Translations under genes and position numbers: made by a program | Notes under the pieces: model-generated | What the model saw: only the letters and a program-made list of their open reading frames with translations | Told to the model about the DNA's origin: nothing | The model's database searches: none | Virus record (IMG/VR): IMGVR_UViG_3300032303_001830 | Coordinates: 1-50,818 of that record | Length of the DNA: 50,818 nt | DNA from: a virus | Taxonomy: Duplodnaviria; Caudoviricetes | Strand: one strand, 5' to 3' | Part shown: positions 1-9,297 of the stretch, one piece after another | How the letters are laid out: the number at the start of each line of letters is the position of its first letter | How positions within the stretch are numbered: the stretch's first letter is position 1

Positions 1-1
1 C

Positions 2-355
2 ACGATACTTCTTGCCACTCGAACGCACCTGTTGAGCGTAAGGCTGAAGCTCTAGCAGCCTAGCTAATGTAGCTGGACTCGGTTCAATATAAACAGGGCG
101 TGGACGCTCTGGCTTAATCGGAGGCTCTGGAATTTCTACTGTCAAAGAAACAGAAATAGAAGAAGGTGTTGAGGCAATCTGTCTTACTCTTTCTCTAGTT
201 AGATTAGATGCAGAGGCAATTGCTTCTAGCGTCCATCCCTTAAATCGGAGTCCTCTAATTAACTGATCTCTAACATTGCTTGGAATATCCTTGAAATGGT
301 TAATTATGTACTCAGGCAGTTGCTGATTCTTTTTAATGTATTGTGTAGTTGTCAT
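2..355 (-). CDS. HTH DNA-binding protein (sigma region-4-like HTH), runs off left edge; paralogue of 2001..2519
   Basis: Hand-translated from ATG at 355: MTTTQYIKKNQQLPEY...GWTLEAIASASNLTRERVRQI...LLELQPYAQQVRS; AAGGA upstream; absent from ORF track because truncated. Confidence 0.75.
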   Translation of the reverse strand, partial: MTTTQYIKKNQQLPEYIINHFKDIPSNVRDQLIRGLRFKGWTLEAIASASNLTRERVRQIASTPSSISVSLTVEIPEPPIKPERPRPVYIEPSPATLARLLELQPYAQQVRSSGKKYR

Positions 356-391
356 GTTGTAATGTTAATCCTTTGTTATCTAGTTGTCAAA

Positions 392-688
392 TTATCTTTG
401 AAATCGTCCCTGGTTGTTTCTGTAGGGAACCTCAGAGATCTTAAAGTTATAAAGAAAGTATTCTTCTAGCTTCTCTTCATCTTCGTCGTAAATCTCAGTA
501 ACACGAGTTTTAACAATATTTATCGTTGATCGAATAATGCCAAACATTTTATCTATTTCTGAGGATGGAGCTGTTGGACTGCATTGTAGCTCTACATTGC
601 AATCAAAGATCTCAAATAGCCCTGAGGTCGGTAGTGCATCTCTTAGTTCTTCGTAGCTATCTACTTTTAAGTTAATTGTTTTTGGCAT
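392..688 (-). CDS. hypothetical protein
   Basis: ORF track, tightly packed in operon. Confidence 0.6.
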   Translation of the reverse strand: MPKTINLKVDSYEELRDALPTSGLFEIFDCNVELQCSPTAPSSEIDKMFGIIRSTINIVKTRVTEIYDEDEEKLEEYFLYNFKISEVPYRNNQGRFQR

Positions 689-691
689 TAC

Positions 692-862
692 TTATCTCTT
701 TCTACTTGATTCTATAAGTGCATCTGATTCTTCAAAATCTTCTTGGCTATTACTTAGCGGTTCACCTAAAAATGCAGCTAAAAATACTATAGCTAGAATG
801 CTTATCACCGATACAACAACAATGGCAGCTAAAGTCAAAGCTACTGTTGTTAACACATCCAT
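692..862 (-). CDS. small membrane protein
   Basis: Internal ATG (MDVLTTVAL...) preceded by AAGGAG; one hydrophobic helix. Confidence 0.6.
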   Translation of the reverse strand: MDVLTTVALTLAAIVVVSVISILAIVFLAAFLGEPLSNSQEDFEESDALIESSRKR

Positions 863-864
863 AT

Positions 865-1032
865 TCACTCCTTCCCTGAAAGTAGGGCTACTGCAATAGC
901 AGAAAGTCCGAGTGAAAGTGGAACTGGAATTGTGCCTGTAATAAAGGCAGAAGCAACAGATGCAACTATAAGAATAGACGTCACAACTGCTGCCCAAGAA
1001 ATGGAACGGAGGAACAGAATAAATTTAATCAT
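865..1032 (-). CDS. small membrane protein
   Basis: MIKFILFLRSISWAAVV...; two hydrophobic segments. Confidence 0.55.
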   Translation of the reverse strand: MIKFILFLRSISWAAVVTSILIVASVASAFITGTIPVPLSLGLSAIAVALLSGKE

Positions 1033-1195
1033 TTTCGTCTTTCGGATAGATGACACCAAGAAGAGGTTGAATTTCTTCTTGCTTTTGTTTTTTATATTCT
1101 CTAAACCTAATATACAGCTCGCAGACTAAATAAGCAAACACGCCTGTAAACGCAATTACGGGAATAATGCTAAACATAAAGAATAAAAGTATCAT
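1025..1195 (-). CDS. small membrane protein (56 aa)
   Basis: Hand-translated MILLFFMFSIIPVIAFTGVFAYLVCELYIRF...; stop overlaps next start. Confidence 0.5.
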   Translation of the reverse strand: MILLFFMFSIIPVIAFTGVFAYLVCELYIRFREYKKQKQEEIQPLLGVIYPKDEND

Positions 1196-1263
1196 AAGTT
1201 ACATTATAGTGCAAGTTGAAGTTTATGGTGGGACAGTTTTAAGCCATGTCCCAGGGCTTGAGC

Positions 1264-1842
1264 TTATAGGCTCAGGTTTTTAATAACCTTTTCTTGCTCA
1301 ATCACACGCACAAAACGAATCTGGCTACCTTTGTAATCAGTCAATGGTTGAATGATTGTAGTTCTAGCTTCGTAGTGAGCGTTGATGATTTTACCATTAC
1401 CAATGTAAATAGCAGCGTGGTAGAAATTAGTACTGCCGTTATAGGCAAATACAACAATATCTCCAGGAACTGGCTTAGATACACGCTTGCCCAAATGAGC
1501 TTGCTTATTGGCGGAGTGGGGCAGTTCTAGGCCAAACCTCTCATAGGTCCATCGGACCAAGCCTGAACAATCCCAGCCTCGTGGGCTGGCACCAGAAAAC
1601 ACATAGGAAGTTCTTCCTACGCGGGTTTCTAGATATTTGATAACCTTTTTCATTTGAATTAGGTTGCGTTGCAACTTAGTAATCTTTACGACATATCTTG
1701 TCTCAAGAATATTAGTTGCTGTTTTTTCATTAGTAGTATGCACTACCGCATTTAATTTTTGAGCGGCGTTTGCAGATACTGCTGATGCTGAACATCCAGC
1801 TAAAGTCAGCACTGTAACTGCTGCAATAATGGACTTTTTCAT
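1264..1842 (-). CDS. secreted NlpC/P60 cell-wall peptidase
   Basis: Signal peptide with LAGC lipobox-like motif; YVFSGASPRGWDCSGLV, PGDIVVF, HAAIYIGNGKIINA motifs. Confidence 0.9.
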   Translation of the reverse strand: MKKSIIAAVTVLTLAGCSASAVSANAAQKLNAVVHTTNEKTATNILETRYVVKITKLQRNLIQMKKVIKYLETRVGRTSYVFSGASPRGWDCSGLVRWTYERFGLELPHSANKQAHLGKRVSKPVPGDIVVFAYNGSTNFYHAAIYIGNGKIINAHYEARTTIIQPLTDYKGSQIRFVRVIEQEKVIKNLSL

Positions 1843-2000
1843 TTAGCGACCTTACCTTTCCTTGTTAGTTAGCACTGGGGTCGTTTATTGTCGAAGTGAC
1901 ATTCTTTATTCAGTTATGCGAAAGAGCCTATCTTGCTTTTAGTGCAAAATAAGCTCTCCGTTATTTATATTATCACGGATGGGAGTCATCTTTGTCAAAT

Positions 2001-2519
2001 TTAGCGTTTTCCGAGACGTTTTACCATAGCACGGTAGGTAACTCCAGCTGCCTCAGCTAGCTCACGGACTGAAACACCTGACTGATTTAGCCTGATACAG
2101 ATTGCTGTAAGTTGGTCATTTGAGACTGCAGCAGATGAATTTGAGGACATTTTAGCTCTATAAGTACGTGCAATAGGAGCCAACGTTCTAATCAACTCAA
2201 GCTCGTCGGGCAGAATTCCTGGAGACGGCTTTTTACGGGGCTGGTAGCCCTCAGGATGGGTTTTATATCCTGGAATAGGTAAATTAATAGGGGCGTCTAC
2301 TAAATCGCGTTCTGCGGGGAGCTGGTGGCGTAGGAGCCAAGATCGAATGGTTGAGCGAGGACGCTTCGGGGTCAGGGCATCCCCAATCGCCTGGAGGGTC
2401 CAGCCCTGGTGATAAAGATCGTAGACGCGTTTAATAAGTTCGTCCTGATTTAGTTTATTTAGGTGGGCTACCTCTTCTGGAGGAAGCGGCTGATTACGAG
2501 CTGATCTACGTTCTGACAT
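2001..2519 (-). CDS. tandem HTH DNA-binding protein
   Basis: GWTLQAIGDAL..PRSTIRSWL and GVSVRELAEAAGVTYRAMVKRL HTH motifs. Confidence 0.75.
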   Translation of the reverse strand: MSERRSARNQPLPPEEVAHLNKLNQDELIKRVYDLYHQGWTLQAIGDALTPKRPRSTIRSWLLRHQLPAERDLVDAPINLPIPGYKTHPEGYQPRKKPSPGILPDELELIRTLAPIARTYRAKMSSNSSAAVSNDQLTAICIRLNQSGVSVRELAEAAGVTYRAMVKRLGKR

Positions 2520-2819
2520 GTTTCTAGTATAGCGGGCAAAGTTAGTGTACTGTACGGAAGAAATGATACCTTAACGCTAACTGCTTTTGGCCTGCGAGAC
2601 GGCAGCGCACTCTTTTGCTAATACTGAAAATTGTTTCCTAACAGCAAGGGGGGTACTTTTAGTGAACGAGGTAAATAAATTACTTCTAGACAGACAATGT
2701 TTGCTAGACAAAAAATCAGTCAAACAAGGCTAGTTGATAGACGAGCGAGCAAGACTAGTTGGTCAGCCAATACATACACAGATACACCTAGGTAGTCAAA
2801 GAGTGCTTAGAAGTGATGA

Positions 2820-3752
2820 GCCGCACACAGGGTCATAGTTAGGAATAGCCGCACATAAAAAGACTAACAAAAACCGCAAACCCGAAAACCCGAAAGCAGC
2901 AGCATACACACCAATCCAACACATACAAGTAAGGTAAGCCTACCCTTACTAGACAGGAGCACCGCATAGATACATAAGTCAAGATTATAGATACAAGAAC
3001 ATACTCATAGAGGATAGACATAAGGGCAAGCACTACATCCGTCAACTATAGATACAAAGATAGGTCACACAATCAAAGGACAACATTACAAAACAAATCT
3101 CAAGCGGGTACCACATACAAATACAACCAGTGGATTAGTAAATAAAAAAGTAGTCCGTGTTAGTACTACAGGCGTACACACCTGCATAGATAGACAGACA
3201 TTACAGATACCTATCTAGACAACTACCGCAGACATAGGTACATACACAAGCACACCAACTACACCCACCGCAGACAACCCAATCACAGAACACCTGACCT
3301 AGGTACCTACGGCAAACACCTACATCAAGACACACCTACCTTAGGTGGGCAGAGCACCATAACCAAACACTAGATACAACTAACAATACCCAACCCCATA
3401 GCACTCACCCCATAGCACTACTGAACTACCTAATGCCTACCTATTACCAACCCACCCCATAGCACCACTGAACTACCCACTACCGCAGACACCTAGACCC
3501 ACCTGACTACCTACACCAATACAGAAGTAGATACTTAAGTAACACTGCCACCGCAGACACTTATCAATCAAAGCGAGCAGGACTACATAGAGCAAGGACA
3601 ACTACTACTTAGGCAAGGCTGTCCTAACTACTTCAGACCTAGTCAACCTAAAGGGAGTAGTACCCCTCAAAAAAGAAAACACCCGTGTTGATGTAGGTAG
3701 GTTAGTTCTTCTAGTATTAGTAGACACTAACCTAACAACTACCGCAGACATA
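2820..3752. repeat. A/C-rich, largely non-coding tract with dispersed ACCGCAGACA and CCCCATAGCAC repeats
   Basis: ACCGCAGACA near 3225, 3268, 3482, 3550, 3741; CCCCATAGCAC near 3395, 3407, 3455. Confidence 0.7.
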
Positions 3753-3800
3753 GCCTTACATCATTTAGGGATTTGGCTATCATTAGTGTAGGATATACCA

Positions 3801-4067
3801 ATGAATATAACCCCAGAAGAGTACGCCAAGGCAGTAATCAGAAAACTATACAAGACTGAGACCCCATACAACCTAGCAAGGATTATTGCAAGAGTCGCAG
3901 ATAAGTACGCCAAGTGGATTAGTACTAGCACTGAACGGGACAAGAGTGCTATGTCTGAAGGTTCTAAAGACCCTTATGTCTATGAGCAACAATATGAGGC
4001 ACAGATAAAACGGGAAGCCTACAGACTAGCCTTACTAATGCTTACTGAAAAGCTTCCCAAAGCCTAG
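3801..4067 (+). CDS. hypothetical protein
   Basis: ORF with AGGA upstream. Confidence 0.6.
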   Translation: MNITPEEYAKAVIRKLYKTETPYNLARIIARVADKYAKWISTSTERDKSAMSEGSKDPYVYEQQYEAQIKREAYRLALLMLTEKLPKA

Positions 4068-4156
4068 CAACTATTCCACCCCATAACTACTTAGTAAGTT
4101 ATCCCATACAGACATATAGTTCCACTGATTATTGCTAAGCTCTTGTCAACCTAAAT

Positions 4157-4240
4157 CCTACTCAAAAGTGTGAACCTAAAAAGTCCTACCTATTCAAAAG
4201 TGTCAGCCTAAAAAATAGCACCTATTCAAAAGTGTCAGCC
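4157..4240. repeat. three direct repeats with 32-bp period
   Basis: CCTA(C/T)TCAAAAGTGT(G/C)A(A/G)CC at 4157, 4189, 4221. Confidence 0.85.
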
Positions 4241-4371
4241 GTGTGAAGGCTACCAGCTACTAATAAAACTAGCAAAAAATATTTCAGCCTATCACTAGCC
4301 AAACACTAAAACTTTAGGGTAGTCTATCTATCTACACTGTCACTACCTAGCAACAATAGAACAGGATACAA

Positions 4372-4749
4372 ATGCTAAGAGTAATCATATGTGGCTCAAG
4401 AGAGTTCACTGACTTAGACCTTATGGCACAGGCAATCACAGAACTTAGGGAGTGGGCAGACAATAGACCACTTACAATAGTCCACGGCAGAGCCAGAGGG
4501 GCTGACTCACTGGCTGACTCATTGGCTAGAGTGCTTATCCCAGACGCAGTTATTGAGCCCCATCCCGCAGACTGGAACTACTATGGCAAGTCAGCAGGTC
4601 CTATTAGGAATGCTGAAATGGTTAGCCTAGGGGCTGACCTGGGTCTAGCCTTTTACATAGAGGGAGTTGACTCTAGAGGCACTAATGGTTGCGTAGCACT
4701 AATGAAACTAGCAGGGATTCCAGTCAAAGAGTTTACCCAGGCTAACTAA
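4372..4749 (+). CDS. SLOG-family (YspA/DUF2493-like) protein
   Basis: ICGSREF, HGRARGAD, HPADW..YGKSAGPIRNAEM, SRGT motifs. Confidence 0.8.
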   Translation: MLRVIICGSREFTDLDLMAQAITELREWADNRPLTIVHGRARGADSLADSLARVLIPDAVIEPHPADWNYYGKSAGPIRNAEMVSLGADLGLAFYIEGVDSRGTNGCVALMKLAGIPVKEFTQAN

Positions 4750-4865
4750 CAAAAAATAAGTACCCGTGTTACAAGCGCAACATACCAGTAGCTACTCTTC
4801 TAGAAAAAATGAAAACTTGTGGGGCTAGTCATAAAAAACTGGGCGACATACCAGACATAAAAATA

Positions 4866-4895
4866 ATCCCCTTACCTGATTAGGCAAGGGGACTA
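4866..4895 (-). terminator. intrinsic terminator (representative; a similar hairpin plus U-tract follows nearly every array cassette)
   Basis: TCCCCTT..AAGGGGA hairpin flanked by A/T runs; similar hairpins near 5409, 5807, 6551, 7210, 8113, 8601, 10577, 11326, 12474. Confidence 0.75.
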
Positions 4896-4912
4896 TCTTT
4901 TTTTTTCAGCGA

Positions 4913-5257
4913 CTAACCGAAAAGCACTTCACCAAACATAGCAACCTGAACAATACAATCAGCGTCTTCTGCGTCATAATCAACATCAGTAGGGTCGCTA
5001 ATAATCTGTTGGCATACTGCTTTGGTTCTAGGGTTGATACTGACTTCACCAGTAGCAAGTTTCCTGCTTGCTTCTAGTAAGTCTTCATAGGTCAGGGTCT
5101 TTGACTTGATTTCGTCATCTAGGTATTCTTCCATAACTACCACATCATAAGTCTTGGTAGTTCTGTCGTTAGTCGCTTCACTAGCCCAGTAGCCAATGCC
5201 ACCATAACTAGCGTCTTCACATAGGTTATCAAAGAGTTCTACGAGAGTTTCGTTCAT
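4913..5257 (-). CDS. hypothetical acidic phage protein
   Basis: ORF with AAGGA RBS inside cassette. Confidence 0.7.
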   Translation of the reverse strand: MNETLVELFDNLCEDASYGGIGYWASEATNDRTTKTYDVVVMEEYLDDEIKSKTLTYEDLLEASRKLATGEVSINPRTKAVCQQIISDPTDVDYDAEDADCIVQVAMFGEVLFG

Positions 5258-5300
5258 CTTCTTATCCTTCTTCTAGGTTGAGTTGTAGCCGTGTGGCTAC

Positions 5301-5332
5301 ATAACTATCTAACCACAAGCAACCGACATTTG
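5301..5332 (-). promoter_or_regulatory. early promoter motif (representative): minus-strand AATGTC..TGTG(G/T)TTAGATAG
   Basis: Plus-strand TATCTAA(A/C)CA recurs at 5306, 6450, 8510, 9533, 10476, 11235, 11769, 12378, each just upstream of RBS and start codon. Confidence 0.7.
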
Positions 5333-5447
5333 TTCTATTTATTACAAAGTTTTTCCCTACTATTAGAGAAAATGAAAACTTTTGTTGCCCCCCATAAAAA
5401 ATAAACTAACCCCCTACATAAGCAGGGGGCTAGGTTATTAGGAGAAC

Positions 5448-5666
5448 CTAATCTTTATTAGGGGCGACCCAAGCCCAGATTAGAGCAACGACAGACAAGA
5501 GAATAAAGACCCAAGAGATTACTTCCCAGCGAGAATACATAACCAAGTCATCATCTAGGCTATACCTTACCCAAGATAGCAGATACATACCCGAAATCTT
5601 TTGAGACAGATAAGCAATAGCGACAATCGGGACTAGAACCAAAGCACGAAGAAAAAATGTCTTCAT
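5448..5666 (-). CDS. small membrane protein
   Basis: Two hydrophobic helices; GAAAGG RBS. Confidence 0.65.
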   Translation of the reverse strand: MKTFFLRALVLVPIVAIAYLSQKISGMYLLSWVRYSLDDDLVMYSRWEVISWVFILLSVVALIWAWVAPNKD

Positions 5667-5836
5667 TTGATACCTTTCATTATTAGTTGTTTGTGTTGCT
5701 ATTTAGATACTACTAAAACTTTTAGATACAACACACTATTTGTTCTATTTTTTTCTATCTATTAGAAAAAATGAAATCTTTTGTTGCCAACAATAAAAAA
5801 TAAAACTCCCCTAGCCATTTGACTAGGGGGGCTTTA

Positions 5837-6007
5837 CTATCTTCTAAAAAAGTTATAGATAGCAGTTAGGGGCTTACGCTTTTTGTGCTTACCACTTTTA
5901 GAGTAAGCCGTGTAAGCCAAGTTATGCGACTTGTGAAATACCAAGTATGAAGTTCGGCTAATCGCTCTTAGGACTTTGTAAGCGAAGTAGTAAAAAGTTT
6001 TTTTCAT
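5837..6007 (-). CDS. small basic protein (56 aa)
   Basis: Hand-translated MKKTFYYFAYKVLRAIS...; GGAG RBS; ATGA overlap with upstream gene. Confidence 0.5.
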   Translation of the reverse strand: MKKTFYYFAYKVLRAISRTSYLVFHKSHNLAYTAYSKSGKHKKRKPLTAIYNFFRR

Positions 6008-6177
6008 AGTTGCTCCCTAATAGATTTGGATTTATTTGCTAGGCGAGTTCTTGCTCTCCTATTGGACTTGTTCAGGTGAGTTCCACTAGCATTACTCCTA
6101 GAACGCTCACGAAGTAGCAGGGCTAAGATAGAACGCTCTACCCTAGCCCTAGCCTGTTCAGCCTTATTGAGTTTCAT
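6004..6177 (-). CDS. small basic protein (57 aa)
   Basis: Hand-translated MKLNKAEQARARVERSIL...; TAATG coupling. Confidence 0.5.
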   Translation of the reverse strand: MKLNKAEQARARVERSILALLLRERSRSNASGTHLNKSNRRARTRLANKSKSIREQL

Positions 6178-6407
6178 TAGGCTTCACACTCCCAGCAAGA
6201 CGGGGACACATCACCATAAAGGAAGACGCCGTGTTGGCAGAAATCGGTTTTACGCTTCTGCTCTAAGATTTCGCTCATTTGGTCAATCATAGCAAGCAAG
6301 CGTTCAGCGTTACCAGCACCGAGAGAGAGTTGGCGTTGTGCTTCTTCTATGGCATAGCCAAGAGTTTCAGCAGAGTAGTTCTTGTAAGGGTTTTCAGTTT
6401 TAGCCAT
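6177..6407 (-). CDS. hypothetical protein with C-terminal Cys/His cluster
   Basis: ORF track; first gene of cassette. Confidence 0.65.
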   Translation of the reverse strand: MAKTENPYKNYSAETLGYAIEEAQRQLSLGAGNAERLLAMIDQMSEILEQKRKTDFCQHGVFLYGDVSPSCWECEA

Positions 6408-6582
6408 TTGTAAAGTTCCAATCTGTTTGTTCGGCTTTTTGCCTATAACTATCTAAACATAAATAGACCCATTTGGCAACATTTGTCTTGTATTTTCCAT
6501 ACTATTAGAGAAAATGAAAACTTGTGAGGGTAGCAATAAAATAAAAGTTTTCCCCTAGCCCGTGTTGGACTAGGGGACACTT

Positions 6583-6831
6583 TTAGAGTATGTCGGTTAT
6601 GTCCCCGTCAAACCCGTCAAACTCCAACTCGCTAGCAAGTTCAGTTGGACTTATCTTGCCGTCTTTGTATTGCTTTATGGTCTGGTCAAACGGGAAACCA
6701 TACTTTTCAGTTAGGGGTTCTAGGGGAGTATCAAGTTCAGGTTCAGGGGCGTTTAGTTCTTGCTCCTGCTCCCAAACTTCTTGCTCCCATAGAGTAGGTT
6801 CAGGGTCTTCTGGCAGTTCCATTAGTTCCAC
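6583..6831 (-). CDS. acidic hypothetical protein
   Basis: Glu/Pro-rich; AGGAG before GTG. Confidence 0.6.
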   Translation of the reverse strand: MELMELPEDPEPTLWEQEVWEQEQELNAPEPELDTPLEPLTEKYGFPFDQTIKQYKDGKISPTELASELEFDGFDGDITDIL

Positions 6832-7064
6832 TCTCCTAATGCCTTCATAAGTTCATTAGGGGACACTTTTAGGGCTAGGCACAACTTAGCAAGTGTATCT
6901 GCTGGCAGTTGGCGTTGCTTGTGGAAATAACGGCTTAGGCTGGACTTCTGTAATCCTGTTGCGATTGCGAACTGATTTAGCGACTTGTAGCCCTGCTTAG
7001 TGTATCTAGCAACGAACCACTCCCAAGTTATTTCACTTTGAGACTTGACTTTTACTTTTGGCAT
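6822..7064 (-). CDS. XRE/Cro-family HTH protein
   Basis: SLNQFAIATGLQKSSLSRYF...LAKLCLALKVSPNELM. Confidence 0.8.
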   Translation of the reverse strand: MPKVKVKSQSEITWEWFVARYTKQGYKSLNQFAIATGLQKSSLSRYFHKQRQLPADTLAKLCLALKVSPNELMKALGEWN

Positions 7065-7240
7065 TTTATCTCCTAGTAGTTGAGTTAGGTCTTTTGACCT
7101 GTTTCCAACTTACACCATTTCCAAATGGAAAACCACCCGTGTTCTCATTTATTTTCCTATCTATTAGAAAAAATGAAAAGTTTTGTTCCTGCCAATAAAA
7201 TAAAAACTAACCCTGCTCTATCGGCAGGGCTAGTTTAGAT

Positions 7241-7402
7241 TTAGATTTCAGTTTTGAGTTTGCGAACTAGGCGAGTAATAGTTATGCGATTACTCCAAGG
7301 GACTAGACCTAAGACCATACCAATCCTAATCAAGTCAAACTCTCGGTGTAGTTGGTATCGGTCAAGTTCGGCTATTCTCTCGGGGGTTAGTTTAGTTCTC
7401 AT
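7241..7402 (-). CDS. small hypothetical protein (53 aa)
   Basis: Hand-translated MRTKLTPERIAELDRY...; GGTG upstream. Confidence 0.5.
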   Translation of the reverse strand: MRTKLTPERIAELDRYQLHREFDLIRIGMVLGLVPWSNRITITRLVRKLKTEI

Positions 7403-7556
7403 TTACATCACCACCATTAGCCTTAGTAAAGTCTGCTATTGCTCTATCTACTTCGGGGTCAAATAGCCATTGTAAAAACTCACCTATTCCCTTTTGAGTA
7501 TTCAGGTCAAACTTCGGGTTTAGGGTGTCTTGCTTAGGGTTTTCATTTTCGGTCAT
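7392..7556 (-). CDS. small hypothetical protein (54 aa)
   Basis: Hand-translated MTENENPKQDTLNPKF...; GAAAGGA RBS. Confidence 0.55.
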   Translation of the reverse strand: MTENENPKQDTLNPKFDLNTQKGIGEFLQWLFDPEVDRAIADFTKANGGDVNEN

Positions 7557-7590
7557 TTTGTTTCCTTTCACTTATTAGAACTAATAACTT

Positions 7591-7794
7591 CTAAGATTTA
7601 TTCCCGATTTTGAGATTTCTTTTGATTTTATTTTTGAGCAAGCGAACTCTAATCCTAGTTGTTCCGTGTGTTCGGCAGAACCTAGGGTGCTTACAAGGGA
7701 CAAGGGTTAGAGTTCCATTATCCTTAGGCTCTTTGAGCAACCCTAGGGCGTAGAGTTCTGCCTGTTCGGCATCTCCGTCAAGTTCTATGAACAT
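7591..7794 (-). CDS. hypothetical protein
   Basis: ORF track; TAATG coupling. Confidence 0.55.
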   Translation of the reverse strand: MFIELDGDAEQAELYALGLLKEPKDNGTLTLVPCKHPRFCRTHGTTRIRVRLLKNKIKRNLKIGNKS

Positions 7795-7970
7795 TAGAAC
7801 CCTAGGTCTGGATAGTAAGGGGTTGGGTCATAGCAGTTATCGCAATAACCAAGATTAGGACCAACCGAATAGCGTTCAGCGTCAATCAACGGATTACGCT
7901 CTGTGATTTCGGCTTCACAGCCGGGGCAGGTTTCAGGGGCAGGGGTTGAGTTGGAGTTTGTGTTTTCCAT
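7794..7970 (-). CDS. small zinc-finger protein (58 aa)
   Basis: Hand-translated, CPGC...CDNC; AAGGA RBS. Confidence 0.6.
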   Translation of the reverse strand: MENTNSNSTPAPETCPGCEAEITERNPLIDAERYSVGPNLGYCDNCYDPTPYYPDLGF

Positions 7971-8147
7971 TTTTATCCTTTGTTAGTTGGGACACTATCT
8001 ATAACCACAACTCTACTATTTTTATTCCCGATTAGTAAGCATTTTTATTTTTTATTTTCCCTATCTATTAGAAAAAATGAAAAGTTATTGAGGCGACATC
8101 TATAAAAGTAAAGACCCCCTAGACTACTAGGGGGCTTTACTAGGCGA

Positions 8148-8480
8148 CTAAGTGTTCCAGCACATCTTAGACAATCTACGCTTAGTAGCCGTGCTAATCT
8201 CGGCAGTTGCTAAGAAGTCTAGGACACTTGTTCTAGGTAATGCCCTAAGTATGCGACCAACTAGGGTGCTAGTAGTTTGAGAGATTGACCCAGTTTCCAA
8301 GAATAAGATTTTGTTAGTATCTACATCTAGGGTAAGTATGTGAGTAGCCCAATGAGTAATGGAATAAATGTTTTCCACTTTATCGGCACGGATTGAGTGA
8401 TTGTAATTGGTAAATGGTTGATAGTCAGTAATCAACCTAGGCAGTTTCCAATTAGGGGTTCTGTTATTAGCAGTAGCCAT
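8148..8480 (-). CDS. hypothetical protein
   Basis: AGGAG RBS, single-gene cassette. Confidence 0.7.
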   Translation of the reverse strand: MATANNRTPNWKLPRLITDYQPFTNYNHSIRADKVENIYSITHWATHILTLDVDTNKILFLETGSISQTTSTLVGRILRALPRTSVLDFLATAEISTATKRRLSKMCWNT

Positions 8481-8640
8481 TTGTTTATCTCCTATCGTTT
8501 GGCTATAACTATCTAAACATAGATTGGAGAGAAATTGTGGATTTTGTTTGTTCTATTAGAAAAAATGAAAAGTATTGTTGGCAACAATAAAAAAAATAAA
8601 TCCCCCCGTGTTATCGGGGGGACTTACTTCCAACTGATTA

Positions 8641-8994
8641 CTAACTAACCATTTCCAATAAGGCGTTAGTAATCATTTCCACCTGCCCATCTGTTAGGGG
8701 CATAGTTTCACCAGCGTTATCTGCTCCACCTGTGATAACTACATTGCCAACAATAACATCTGTCTTGCCATAAGACTTTTCCCAAAGGTGAGTGGCACTC
8801 TCGTTGATTGGCAGACCATACATCTTGCCTTCTTCATTGACCCAGAGAGATACGCCTTCTAGTTCTCCAACTAGGTCTATGACCTGAACATAACCCCCGA
8901 CTTGTTCTTGTAGAAATGCTAGTCCCTGATTTTCAGGCATTTCAGCCGTGTTTAGTTCGCCTGTAAAACTGATAACTAAAACTTGATTAGTCAT
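8641..8994 (-). CDS. DUF3846-like protein
   Basis: LQEQVGGYVQ, WVNEEGK..GLPIN, IVGNVVITG motifs; start moved to MTNQ after AGGAAGG. Confidence 0.75.
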   Translation of the reverse strand: MTNQVLVISFTGELNTAEMPENQGLAFLQEQVGGYVQVIDLVGELEGVSLWVNEEGKMYGLPINESATHLWEKSYGKTDVIVGNVVITGGADNAGETMPLTDGQVEMITNALLEMVS

Positions 8995-9297
8995 TTGTTG
9001 CCTTCCTATTTTTGAGTGTCTGTTGTATTTTCCAGACAATAAAAACTTATCACTATCAAGTAAAACTTTTCACGATTAGTTAGAAGTTTTCCCTATCTAT
9101 TAGAAAAAATGAAAAGTCTTTGGTCTGCCAATAAATAAAAAAGTTCCCCCCTGCCAAAAGAGAGAGAAGGCAGGGGGGAGATTTTTAGAGATTGGTAATG
9201 ATTTGGACTATCAGCATAACTAAGAATAATCCAACTGAAATACGGCAAGCAATCTCATCTTGGCGTTTAGCCTTGATTTGTTCTGGTGTTAGGCTTC

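Noticed and set aside
2839-3045. 68-aa hydrophobic ORF
   Set aside because: Likely an artefact of the G/T-rich minus strand: TTG start, no RBS.
7162-7197. The 36-bp element as a sigma-70 promoter itself (minus-strand TTGNCA as -35)
   Set aside because: The sequence 17 bp downstream is TTTTTC, not a -10, and separate promoter motifs lie closer to the genes.
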